In this document: positions 28,868 to 38,183 of the stretch, piece after piece | Position numbering within the stretch: the first letter of the stretch is position 1 | How the letters are laid out: each line of letters starts with the position of its first letter | Sequence record: PQ227241.1 | DNA length: 64,000 bases | Direction: 5' to 3' (one strand) | Notes under the pieces: generated by a model | Databases searched by the model: none | What the model was told of the DNA's origin: nothing | The model's input: the letters and a program-made list of their open reading frames with translations, nothing else | Position numbers and translations under genes: made by a program

Positions 28868-28943
28868 TGCTATAACCTCAGCACATATTGATATTTATCT
28901 ACGTACTATATTAGTGCCTAGTAAAAGTAATAATCAGCATAAA

Positions 28944-28961
28944 GCCTCCCCTAGGGGAGGC
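28944..28961. terminator. Terminator hairpin between gp81 and gp82
   Basis: GCCTCCC-CTAG-GGGAGGC, flanked by CATAA and TATG. Confidence 0.75.
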
Positions 28962-28968
28962 GATATGT

Positions 28969-30390
28969 TTACATACCAGCTTTCTGCCGGAAGAAGTGTA
29001 GAACGAGTTGCCGTTTACCTTCAGGGATGAAACGTGCAAGATAGTTAATATCTACCTGATAAAGCGCATCTGATACATCACTAGTAAATAGGCAGAATAG
29101 AGTAAGAAGATTAATGTGTGCTTCTTGACGGTTATTCTGAGTAGGTAGAGTAGCAACAAAGCGAAGTGCGTTAGATTCACTAAATAGAGTATTACGATTT
29201 TTCTTAACGAAATCAAAGATAATATCCATGCCTGATTTAAAGCCTTCAATATCTTCGATTGTCATTACGTAGTTGAATACATCATCTAGTTTCTTTTGTG
29301 CATCGCCACCACGTTCGATAGTGATATAGTCACCAGGTTTAGCACCAGTGGCAAACTGCTCTAGACGAGATTCGATAAATACTTGGTTCATTTTGGTCAT
29401 ACCTTTACGAAGTACAGGTTCATTAGATGTTGATTCACTATTCAAGATTTTAACTTCCCCGGTTGGTTTAATATCATCTTTACCAGAGAATACTTTCCAT
29501 TGTTCAACAATAGTTTCAATATCTTGACTAGTGGTAGGTAAGAATAAACGATCGCGTAACTCAATAGCAATTTTAAAATCTTTTATCAGATTACTATTTT
29601 TAATAAGTCCTTCAGCCCAGTCTTCAAGCTCTGCTGTCGTCCAATCGGTAGGTGGAGCATTATCACGAATAACACTATTAACCCAACTACCACGTAGTGT
29701 TTTTGGTGGAGTAATACCTTGTTTAACAAAATCAACCACTTCTTGGGTAGACCAATCTAGTGGAATATCACTAGTGTGAATACGCAGTTGCTTGACTAAT
29801 TCTTCAAGCTTGATACTGTCTTCAGTATTGCGAATATCTTGTTTCAGAGTATCTTCATTAACTACCGGTACAATTACTTCCTCAGTAGTCTCATTCTCTT
29901 TAGCCCTTTTAGTTAAAATATCATCAGCAATATCGGCAATATCATTAACTACACCAGTTAGACGATGGTTAGCAGCATCGATTAGTTCATCATCTGACCA
30001 TTCATCATAAGGACGATATTTACGGGTTGGGTCAAATACAAAGCTACCGAGTTCAGTTTTACCTTTAGCAATGCCATCATTGGTAAACCATTCAATGACG
30101 TTTTCATCTGTCCATGTTTCAGGAATATCATGGTCAGTACGCAGTGCATTTACATTAACTTTAGCTAATTCTGAGGTATCGTTAACTGTATTAACTGAAG
30201 AATTAATATCATCTGCTGTAGCATATACTTCCTCAGGAGATACTAATTCAATATTTGTTAATCCTCGACCAATTTCAGAAGTTGGCTTATCTTCAGTTAC
30301 TTCTGATAAAACTTCGTCTTTGACAATAGGTTTTTCAGGTAAACGATTGAGTTGAGGAAACTTTCCAAATCGTTGATTCTTTTTAGACAT
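28969..30390 (-). CDS. Hypothetical protein with internal ~60-aa duplication (gp81 orthologue)
   Basis: 473-aa ORF; repeats at aa ~83-143 and ~202-263. Confidence 0.65.
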   Translation of the reverse strand: MSKKNQRFGKFPQLNRLPEKPIVKDEVLSEVTEDKPTSEIGRGLTNIELVSPEEVYATADDINSSVNTVNDTSELAKVNVNALRTDHDIPETWTDENVIEWFTNDGIAKGKTELGSFVFDPTRKYRPYDEWSDDELIDAANHRLTGVVNDIADIADDILTKRAKENETTEEVIVPVVNEDTLKQDIRNTEDSIKLEELVKQLRIHTSDIPLDWSTQEVVDFVKQGITPPKTLRGSWVNSVIRDNAPPTDWTTAELEDWAEGLIKNSNLIKDFKIAIELRDRLFLPTTSQDIETIVEQWKVFSGKDDIKPTGEVKILNSESTSNEPVLRKGMTKMNQVFIESRLEQFATGAKPGDYITIERGGDAQKKLDDVFNYVMTIEDIEGFKSGMDIIFDFVKKNRNTLFSESNALRFVATLPTQNNRQEAHINLLTLFCLFTSDVSDALYQVDINYLARFIPEGKRQLVLHFFRQKAGM

Positions 30391-30452
30391 TACTAGTTCC
30401 TTTCGGGTTATAATCTAAATAATGGAGAAGCTGAGTAACTTCTCCATCTATT

Positions 30453-31811
30453 TTAACTGATGCGATCGCGATAAGACCATTTAACAGTCTTAAGAACAGC
30501 ACTGTGCATTTTAGACATGAAGATGGATAGGAATCGACCACCAACACCTGCTGCTGCTGCCGGAATGCCATTGGGGTTCTCTGACATTTGTTTACCCATA
30601 CAGACAGCACATACGTTCTTACCTCTACCTATTACACCATTAGCTGGATCACCACCGGCCTTACATGTCATTGGACCACGTAGTTCAATCTCAGTGCCAA
30701 CTAGTTCATCAATATTAGTTTCTTCAATAAGGATAGATTTCCCATTCTTAACATAAGACAAGCCAATGAAATCTTTCTTATTAAATTGGTGAACAGTAGT
30801 TGGAATACCTATCCATGTATTGCAGTCTTCCATAATAATCCTGACTGTACCAACCATTCGATAAATCGTTTTAGTTGACTCACCGCCTAGGGCTGTTTGT
30901 GCACCACGGTTATATGAACCATAACGTAATGAGTTATTCATTACTGGCATATGGTCAGTGTCAATGCCTTCTTCCAATGATTTACCGATATATTCAACTG
31001 ATGTACCATCTTGGAATGGCGCTTCCCCACCAAACATACCAAATACTTTCTTACGCACGCCACCAAATAATTTACTATGTTTAGTGTCATAGAACTCATA
31101 AGAAGGATCGTCTTTTAGATAGTCCTCATCTAGCTTGATTAATGCATTACCCATTTCTGCAATAACAGCCGGATCATCTAACCGATCTTTATATTTCTCT
31201 TCTAGTTCTTTACGTAACTTATCTCTGTCTGGTGCAGAGGTCATTGATTTCTCAGTAATGGATGTTACCAAGGTACTGGCATATGCTGGCAATGCTAAAC
31301 AATGATCTGCAAACATCCGATATTGCCATACATATAACTTACCATCAGTTGCACGCGGTGGATTATCATCATCAATTGGATCATCGATCATGCGGTTAAG
31401 AATTTCTTTCTCAACTTTACCAATATCGAAATAACCAGATTGGAATGGGAACAGATCACCAAAAGGTAAACATAATACTAAATGGTTAACAAAAACGTTA
31501 CCATAAGTTGTTCTTAATGCACCTGGTCCTTTATAGTTTTCAATTTCACCAGGTTGTAAAATGAATTCATCTCGAAATGCTAATGGTTGTTTACCTTCAA
31601 TATAATCGTCGATATAAACAACTTCATCATTAGAATCGCCTTCTTTATAGAAGAACATTTTACCATCTTTGAAATATGGCTTGTATAGATATTCACCACC
31701 ATCATTTGGGTTATAAACGATATTAAATAAAACGTTAACCCATGCTCGTTTCTTATCTAATCCAGCATTGATACCCATTAGAAAATAATCACGTAATTTC
31801 ATTAGTATCAC
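30453..31811 (-). CDS. Virion RNA polymerase beta' C-terminal subunit (gp80 orthologue); true start probably 31802
   Basis: Bridge-helix-like RGAQTALGGESTK, Zn-site cysteines (C..CKAGG..VCAVCMG) and trigger-like GRFLSIFMSKMH. Confidence 0.85.
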   Translation of the reverse strand: MILMKLRDYFLMGINAGLDKKRAWVNVLFNIVYNPNDGGEYLYKPYFKDGKMFFYKEGDSNDEVVYIDDYIEGKQPLAFRDEFILQPGEIENYKGPGALRTTYGNVFVNHLVLCLPFGDLFPFQSGYFDIGKVEKEILNRMIDDPIDDDNPPRATDGKLYVWQYRMFADHCLALPAYASTLVTSITEKSMTSAPDRDKLRKELEEKYKDRLDDPAVIAEMGNALIKLDEDYLKDDPSYEFYDTKHSKLFGGVRKKVFGMFGGEAPFQDGTSVEYIGKSLEEGIDTDHMPVMNNSLRYGSYNRGAQTALGGESTKTIYRMVGTVRIIMEDCNTWIGIPTTVHQFNKKDFIGLSYVKNGKSILIEETNIDELVGTEIELRGPMTCKAGGDPANGVIGRGKNVCAVCMGKQMSENPNGIPAAAAGVGGRFLSIFMSKMHSAVLKTVKWSYRDRIS

Positions 31812-32679
31812 CTATGCTATTTAAAATCTTTTTAGCTTCATTTTCCATAATAGATCGTTCAATATTGTTAGATGTGAAATCATCTATAATACTCATTACG
31901 GTTCTACTAATTTCATTCTGTTCAGTATTTGAAATTAATACCAATCCGACAATTTCTTTAGCAACTTCAATAGGCGTCATAGCATCTAATGGGCCAAATG
32001 AAATTTGTAATAGGTCATCAATATTCCTTTTACCAACACGTAATCCTGCATTAACTAGTTCCATAGCTAACTTAAATGATGCGCGCGTATGAATACGAAT
32101 AAGGCGATTAATTAAATTAATCCGTTCAACATTACTTACATTGCCATATGCTTGACCACGGGTAGTAAGTACTGACTGAATAAATGATGTAATATTACTA
32201 ATAAGTGTTGGCGATACACTTTCAATTAAGTCAATGATATTTAAGAAATCTACACTTGTATCAATAAGTTCTACCAGATGCGCTAATGTCTCTTCGGGTG
32301 AATATTCAGCTAACAGAATATCATTCACTTCATCTGGAATAATGTAATCTTCTAAACTAAGGAGTGTATTAACAACAGCTTGCCGCTCAGCCTGAGTTGC
32401 TTCATCACTAATTTTAATAAGATGCTCATTTAGAATTTCATCTTGTGCAATGCGAATGATATCATCAATGCGAGAAAGAAGCATTGCATTATCTGAGATA
32501 CCTGATTGAATCTGACATACTGTATTTAGTTCATCTAGAGCTGCAACATAATTAATCTTTTCAAAAGATGCTACGCAGTCTAGGATAACTTCTTTACGCT
32601 CTTCATGTATAAGAGGCGTAAGATAACTATCAATGAAATCTTTCATGACGATATCCTTTTTATACGGAATTATTAACAT
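31789..32679 (-). CDS. Conserved hypothetical/virion protein (gp79 orthologue); start may be 32646
   Basis: 296-aa helical ORF; AAGGA SD precedes the second Met (MKDFIDSY). Confidence 0.6.
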   Translation of the reverse strand: MLIIPYKKDIVMKDFIDSYLTPLIHEERKEVILDCVASFEKINYVAALDELNTVCQIQSGISDNAMLLSRIDDIIRIAQDEILNEHLIKISDEATQAERQAVVNTLLSLEDYIIPDEVNDILLAEYSPEETLAHLVELIDTSVDFLNIIDLIESVSPTLISNITSFIQSVLTTRGQAYGNVSNVERINLINRLIRIHTRASFKLAMELVNAGLRVGKRNIDDLLQISFGPLDAMTPIEVAKEIVGLVLISNTEQNEISRTVMSIIDDFTSNNIERSIMENEAKKILNSIGDTNEIT

Positions 32680-32816
32680 AGGGTTGGACAGATAGTTATT
32701 CTTTAATATAGTGTAAAATTACCAAATGTGTTAAATATATGTTGAACTAATCATTTTTTCATTTGTCAATTTATATTGGCAAATATTAAATTAAGCCTCT
32801 ATCGGAGTATAACAAG

Positions 32817-33311
32817 ATGTCAAATAAAGCTAAAGAACCAACTCTAACTAAAGAACAGGAAAAGACTCTACGTCTATTTGAACGTGCAGTTGGAGCATCA
32901 GCTGCCGCAGCTGATCATATTCTTAACCGTGATGGTTGGGATGTTGTCAATGTACTAGCAGGTTCCGTAGGTAAACGTATTCTACAAACTGAAGTATTCA
33001 TTAATCCAGTTATCAATAAGATCAATGAAATCATTCCGACGTTATCTGATCCTACTGGATTCCAAAAGAACCTACAAACAGTTATTGCTGACCTTAATCG
33101 ACTAACTAAAATTATCAGTGTCCTATATGCACAACATCAAGGTAAGGCTGGTCCAGCAAATAATGAAGATGAACTAAAACTCATCAGTGAACTTGTTACT
33201 AAATACACTGGTATTGAAGGTGCTATTGAACGCGGTATTGATGGTGTAATCCTAGCGATGATCGGCACTCTTCGAGAAGCTGGTTGGGACGAAAAACTAA
33301 TTCAACAATAA
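32817..33311 (+). CDS. Hypothetical protein (gp78 orthologue)
   Basis: 164 aa, GGAG SD, phage-typical codon usage. Confidence 0.65.
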   Translation: MSNKAKEPTLTKEQEKTLRLFERAVGASAAAADHILNRDGWDVVNVLAGSVGKRILQTEVFINPVINKINEIIPTLSDPTGFQKNLQTVIADLNRLTKIISVLYAQHQGKAGPANNEDELKLISELVTKYTGIEGAIERGIDGVILAMIGTLREAGWDEKLIQQ

Positions 33312-33322
33312 TGGAGTTTTAA

Positions 33323-34924
33323 ATGGCTACTGCTGACTTCGATAATGAGTACGATGATACTCCAGAAGAGAATTTACTAGATCAAATTGATGAGATCAAT
33401 GCGCAACACGATCCTGACTCTAGTATTGAAAATAATGACGAGGTGGAAACTCCACCTTTCGTTCCTGATCAAAAAGAAATTAAACTACGTATTCCACGTA
33501 ATGCTAAAACTGGAAATATCCGGGATGCTTCTGAACCGGCTATTAAAGATAGTGCTAGCATTCTTACTTTACTACGTGAGAATCCCCAGACTGTTTATAA
33601 TTTCCTGGATCACAATAAAGAACTATTTAAAGCATTTGCTGATAATAAAGTAGATGACACTAGTGACGGTGTAAAGTGGACAGCTGCTATTCTGGAAGGC
33701 TTAGCTCACTCTATTGTTGAAGATGCACCAATCGGTGCAACTGCCCGAGAAGGTTCTGAATGGTCTAGTGAAATTCCTTATGGTGAAAAGATCATTCGAC
33801 CTGGCCGACCTGTATTTAATACCAATGGTCGTAAAATGACCGATGATGAAACTCTAGTTTTCCTAACACGTAAAGCTAACATCGGTACGCCATATGATAC
33901 TTTCCTACCTCATTCAGGTATTTGGGTAAAACTACGTGCACCTACTGGTACTGAAGTAGCTGCCCTACAAGCACGTCTAGCACAATTAAAGATCCGGCTA
34001 GGCGCTGAATCAAAAGGTATGCTGTTCTCAAACATGGCAGCTGTGTTACTTAACATGGTTAGTAGTTTAGCACTTGCATGTGTTATTCAATCCAACTATA
34101 AGTTCAACACCCCAACTGATCTAGAGCATGTTATCTCAGTAGCTGATGAGCCGTTCTTGCATCACGCACTAGCGGCGACTATGTATCCAGATGGATTTAA
34201 TTATAGTTATCCATGCATTGCAGATGCCAATACATGTAACCATATTGAAACAGCGAAACTTAATATGTCAACGCTTGTTCAATATGATCTACTGGCATTC
34301 TCAGAAGAACAAAAGAAATATATTGCACGTAAGTTTAATGCATGTACTGAATCTGATCTTAAGACTTATAAAGAAGGATTCCGTATTGAAACTCAAGTAA
34401 CTGAAATGTTTGGTGACGTTGGTGTTGTTCTTGAGATGTGTACAATTGCTGATCGCCGAGAGTCTGGTGATAGTTGGATTAACTCAATTATCGATATGAC
34501 TCAAGGTAGTTTTAATGAACCAGTCGATGGTCCGCAACGTTCTCAGTATATTGCACGTTTACAAAAGATCTCTATTGCCCGTCAGTTCTCACATTTTGTT
34601 AAAGAAATTAAAGTACGTGAAGATGACGATGGTGAAAGTTCTGAAGACAATATTCGTACTGCAACCACTAATCGTGAAACTATTGAAAAGTTCTTAACTA
34701 ATATTCTATCCACACCGGAATATAATGACCGCTTTATTAATGCGGTGAGTAACTTCATTGATTCACAACTAATTGGAATGATTGCAATTACAAGTTGGAA
34801 TTGTCCAGTATGTGAGTCACCTGCTGCTACTAAATTTAAAGAACGTTTCCCACACTTAATCCCTATTGACATGCTGTCAACTTTTTTTACTTTGGCGGCC
34901 TCGAAGTCAAACCTGATGGTGTAG
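33323..34924 (+). CDS. Probable tail/baseplate assembly chaperone with Zn-ribbon (gp77 orthologue)
   Basis: 533 aa, GGAG SD; C-terminal WNCPVCES and IPIDMLSTFFTL; T7 slippery run at 34882-34888. The function is inferred. Confidence 0.6.
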   Translation: MATADFDNEYDDTPEENLLDQIDEINAQHDPDSSIENNDEVETPPFVPDQKEIKLRIPRNAKTGNIRDASEPAIKDSASILTLLRENPQTVYNFLDHNKELFKAFADNKVDDTSDGVKWTAAILEGLAHSIVEDAPIGATAREGSEWSSEIPYGEKIIRPGRPVFNTNGRKMTDDETLVFLTRKANIGTPYDTFLPHSGIWVKLRAPTGTEVAALQARLAQLKIRLGAESKGMLFSNMAAVLLNMVSSLALACVIQSNYKFNTPTDLEHVISVADEPFLHHALAATMYPDGFNYSYPCIADANTCNHIETAKLNMSTLVQYDLLAFSEEQKKYIARKFNACTESDLKTYKEGFRIETQVTEMFGDVGVVLEMCTIADRRESGDSWINSIIDMTQGSFNEPVDGPQRSQYIARLQKISIARQFSHFVKEIKVREDDDGESSEDNIRTATTNRETIEKFLTNILSTPEYNDRFINAVSNFIDSQLIGMIAITSWNCPVCESPAATKFKERFPHLIPIDMLSTFFTLAASKSNLMV

Positions 34925-35385
34925 TTAATGATCTGAGATATAGTCGTCTTGAGGCCACTTTCACGGAAGATAGTGGCCACATCCTACATCCAAACTTTGG
35001 TTATGATAAGTTAACTGAAGATGATACACACTTAGATAGACTATTATCGACAGTAGGGGCAGTAAGACCGTCTACAGCAGCACGTTTAACAAGAGAAGCA
35101 TATCTACTTGATTACGATATCGGTTCACCAGAAAACGGACCCATGTGGTTAAATAAAGTAAATCCTAAAGAGGATTTTATCGAAGGTGGGTTGAGAAGGA
35201 GACTGACTAGAGATTTCTTCAAGTATAAAGTAGGTAGCTTATCTAATATGTCATTAACTGAATTCTTTGAATTAGCTTATTCTGAGGTAGAATACATAAT
35301 TGAATTATGTAGGAATATTACTCATAATGAGGCTGTTAATAACAATAACCAGTTAAATGAATTAAACAAGCCGTTAACTAAATAA
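34888..35385 (+). CDS. -1 frame extension of gp77 (gp76 region; the track shows only the last 80 aa)
   Basis: Frame open from 34870 to the stop at 35383-35385. No ATG, GTG or TTG for 91 codons before 35143. It is the -1 frame at T_TTT_TTT. Confidence 0.65.
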   Translation, partial: YFGGLEVKPDGVVNDLRYSRLEATFTEDSGHILHPNFGYDKLTEDDTHLDRLLSTVGAVRPSTAARLTREAYLLDYDIGSPENGPMWLNKVNPKEDFIEGGLRRRLTRDFFKYKVGSLSNMSLTEFFELAYSEVEYIIELCRNITHNEAVNNNNQLNELNKPLTK

Positions 35386-35402
35386 AAAAAAATAAAGACA
35401 GG

Positions 35403-35424
35403 CCCCTCTCCACATGGAGAGGGG
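35403..35424. terminator. Bidirectional terminator between convergent units
   Basis: CCCCTCTCC-ACAT-GGAGAGGGG followed by TTTATG. Confidence 0.8.
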
Positions 35425-35435
35425 TTTATGTCGTC

Positions 35436-35579
35436 TTACTTACGTGCAAAGCTAGCTACAAGACCTTTGATAGCTAGAACGACCATCCAGGCCGTTAACC
35501 CTTTTATTGGGTGGATATCAACCCGTTCTTCGATATCCAGATTACCCTCACTATTGATTACCTCAATTCGTACTTGCAT
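35436..35579 (-). CDS. Small 47-aa protein with hydrophobic C-terminal helix
   Basis: Hand translation MQVRIEVINSEGNLDIEERVDIHPIKGLTAWMVVLAIKGLVASFARK*; AGGAG SD 6 nt upstream; below the track cutoff. Confidence 0.7.
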   Translation of the reverse strand: MQVRIEVINSEGNLDIEERVDIHPIKGLTAWMVVLAIKGLVASFARK

Positions 35580-35674
35580 GGTCTACTCCTTGTCAGGATG
35601 GGATATGATATTCAAAAGTCTTTTGATATAAAGATGGCATATTACCCCACCAATAAAAGGCGGGGTAATATTTA

Positions 35675-35869
35675 TTAAACCATCAGATATCCTAATGGAA
35701 ATAAAGCAAAGAAGCCATATAAAACAACAAGCAGTGTCTTTTGGCGAACATACCGGGATTTAATACTATCTTTATCTAAGTCAAACTTGACATAAAGATA
35801 AATCTGATAACTTTTATATCCCATACTAGCCACAAGGGCTATTACTATAAGTTGACACAAAAAGACCAT
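35675..35869 (-). CDS. Small membrane protein, 2 predicted TM helices
   Basis: 64 aa with two apolar stretches. Confidence 0.6.
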   Translation of the reverse strand: MVFLCQLIVIALVASMGYKSYQIYLYVKFDLDKDSIKSRYVRQKTLLVVLYGFFALFPLGYLMV

Positions 35870-35924
35870 AGTGGGATGCTCTTATTATTAGAGAACAATG
35901 ATCAATTGTTCTTACATAGCATGT

Positions 35925-36116
35925 CTATTTAATATGCATGATTATCATATTAAATAACCACAACCCTAACATAAGGGTAAACATACTGCAAATCAAGCCA
36001 CTTACAATCATTGCTTTTTGTTTGATTGTTTTAGCAGCAGCAAGAAATATAATTGAAGTTATTAATCCACTAAATGCAATTAATAGTGGTACTAAAAATA
36101 ACAATACCCGAGCCAT
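35925..36116 (-). CDS. Small membrane protein, 2 predicted TM helices
   Basis: 63 aa, almost entirely apolar; GAGGTG SD. Confidence 0.7.
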   Translation of the reverse strand: MARVLLFLVPLLIAFSGLITSIIFLAAAKTIKQKAMIVSGLICSMFTLMLGLWLFNMIIMHIK

Positions 36117-36128
36117 ATAGACACCTCA

Positions 36129-36401
36129 TCAAAATAGATAAGTTGTACATGTCAGTGAATAGTTAGTCCAGCAACTAACAATAGTACTTACCCATATGGT
36201 AACTAATACAATGCTTACGGAGAGAAAAAGCATAGCGTACTGGCATGCACTTTTATTAAAGATATCTTTAAACTCAAGATATGTTTTAATAATAAATATC
36301 AGCATGCATGTTAGAAGAATATCAACTAAGATCAAAGTACTGACTAGAAGCCATGTTGCACCAAAGATCTGATCAACTGTATACATTATTTCCACTCCCA
36401 T
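36129..36401 (-). CDS. Small membrane protein, 2 predicted TM helices (start may be 36386)
   Basis: 90 aa with two apolar stretches; GGAG SD before the second Met. Confidence 0.7.
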   Translation of the reverse strand: MGVEIMYTVDQIFGATWLLVSTLILVDILLTCMLIFIIKTYLEFKDIFNKSACQYAMLFLSVSIVLVTIWVSTIVSCWTNYSLTCTTYLF

Positions 36402-36480
36402 AGTTTATAAGCTATAACTACAATTGTAATCATAATCAATTTTTTCTTCATTGTAAATACCCTATAGTTTTATCACATTT

Positions 36481-36498
36481 GTGATATACTGTTTAAAA
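36481..36498 (-). promoter_or_regulatory. phiKZ-type early promoter
   Basis: TTTTAAACAGTATATCAC on the minus strand; close to the TATATTAC early consensus with upstream TTTAA. Confidence 0.6.
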
Positions 36499-36530
36499 TG
36501 CTTTAAATACAAAAAATAAAAAAAAGCATA

Positions 36531-36554
36531 ATCCCTCCCAACTAAGGGAGGGAT
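36531..36554. terminator. Terminator after the helicase gene
   Basis: ATCCCTCCC-AACTAA-GGGAGGGAT, flanked by CATA and TTATG. Confidence 0.8.
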
Positions 36555-36569
36555 CATTTATGCCATTTA

Positions 36570-38183
36570 CTATAAACGCATCATGCGCATACTTTTAGTT
36601 TTACCCATGAAATGATTTTCTTTATTTCTAGCGTATCTGCAATGATGAGGTATGTTATTACAAACCATGAATGTTAACCTTGGTATTACATCAGGCCAGT
36701 TCTTCAATGGTCTTAGTCGTCCAAGAATTTGGATGCTGTCCTTTTTAGAGTCAGTTGCTTGTAATAGAATAACTTCCCTTAAATTCCTAATATCAACACC
36801 AGTACCAGATGATTTAATAGTTGATACAGTGATATCATTAGTCATTAATCTATCATACGGACTACCCGAAACATGTCTATTAATCTGAAGATCTGGATAT
36901 TGTTTCTTAAGATAAGCTGTCAGTACATCGATAAAGTTTACAGTCGCGCATAATAGCAAACATTTCTGACCTTCAATACGATCCTTTATATAAACGCCAT
37001 CTACAATACGTTTAACCATCTTTAAATAGAAGTCTAGGCGCCTAGGATTCTTCATCATTACTGTTTCATAACGAGCATGGTTATATGTATTTTTAAATGG
37101 AGTTAAATAGTCCTTAGGTTTAATAGTTGGTTCACTATATAACAAGCCAATAACATTGATGTATGAGTCATATGCAGGTAACCTACACTTTGTAGTGGCA
37201 GGTAGCATGACATCAATCATTTTAGTAACAAACTGATTACCAGTGTATGGAGTAGCTGATAAATAGATTTGTTTATTGACATTGGTATATAGATCAGTAC
37301 GAAATACTAATCCTGGATCTTCTTGAATCTCATCATTGATCTGCCAACCTGCTCCAATAACCTCATGGAATCTAGGTGGTGGTACATTAAATCCAACTAC
37401 ATCGATTTTTTCACCTAATCGTTCAAAAGTATCGATATATGCACGGTATGTTGTAGAACTAATGAGAATAATTTCAACACCCTCTAAATCATTCTCTAGT
37501 CCGCGATTAATTAGATTCTGTAACTCAGCAGATCCAGATACTTTTAAATATTTTATACCTAGCTGATCTTCATAACCAACAAATGTTTCTTTTAATGCTT
37601 TCTCCCAAATACCGAAATATTTAGGTGGAATCATAACAACACCACGTTCTTTCATTACTGCAACTGAAGCTAAACTAGTTAAGGTTTTACCTTTACCAGT
37701 CTGTAAATCAACACGTGCTGAATGTAAATGTGGTCTTAGAATATCTTCGCGGATGGTTTCCTGATAATCCCTTAGAACATAATGTTCAAATAAAGTATAG
37801 TCTACTTTAACAGCTGTTGGTACAGGAATATCTACAATTTCAATTCTAGTAGATGGTATATTCTTATCGGCTAGATAATTAATAAGTTCTTGAAGACATT
37901 CACGATGGATGAATACAGATTTACCATCTTCTGTTTCACCATAATATTTTTTCTTTATTTCCATTATGGTGCGTTGACCAGGTATCTTCTTAGGTTCTTT
38001 TAAAACCAGTTTATTAAGATATCCAGTCATCTTTAAGTATGTTTCCCGATCGTAACCGGATAAACGAACACCATGGGTGTATCGTTCTGCTGTAAGAATC
38101 GGTTTCATAAAAAAATCAACGATCGGTAAGGGGAGCAGTGCTCCCCAAACCTCACGTCCTCCACGTCTATCGCAGTTTACCAC
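36570..38183 (-). CDS. SF2 DNA helicase, UvsW/XPB-like (gp75 orthologue); start may be 38108
   Basis: Motif I LQTGKGKT, II NDEIQE, III LSATP, V SSGTGVDI, VI QILGRLR. Confidence 0.9.
   Translation of the reverse strand: MVNCDRRGGREVWGALLPLPIVDFFMKPILTAERYTHGVRLSGYDRETYLKMTGYLNKLVLKEPKKIPGQRTIMEIKKKYYGETEDGKSVFIHRECLQELINYLADKNIPSTRIEIVDIPVPTAVKVDYTLFEHYVLRDYQETIREDILRPHLHSARVDLQTGKGKTLTSLASVAVMKERGVVMIPPKYFGIWEKALKETFVGYEDQLGIKYLKVSGSAELQNLINRGLENDLEGVEIILISSTTYRAYIDTFERLGEKIDVVGFNVPPPRFHEVIGAGWQINDEIQEDPGLVFRTDLYTNVNKQIYLSATPYTGNQFVTKMIDVMLPATTKCRLPAYDSYINVIGLLYSEPTIKPKDYLTPFKNTYNHARYETVMMKNPRRLDFYLKMVKRIVDGVYIKDRIEGQKCLLLCATVNFIDVLTAYLKKQYPDLQINRHVSGSPYDRLMTNDITVSTIKSSGTGVDIRNLREVILLQATDSKKDSIQILGRLRPLKNWPDVIPRLTFMVCNNIPHHCRYARNKENHFMGKTKSMRMMRL

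Noticed and set aside
28812-29030. 72-aa plus-strand ORF across the gp81-gp82 junction
   Set aside because: Overlaps two real genes antisense and runs through a terminator
34582-34980. 132-aa minus-strand ORF spanning the gp77 end
   Set aside because: Antisense to gp77 and to the -1 extension; no supporting signals
35428-35631. 67-aa plus-strand ORF in the track
   Set aside because: Starts inside a terminator flank; the minus-strand 47-aa ORF with a strong AGGAG SD explains the region better
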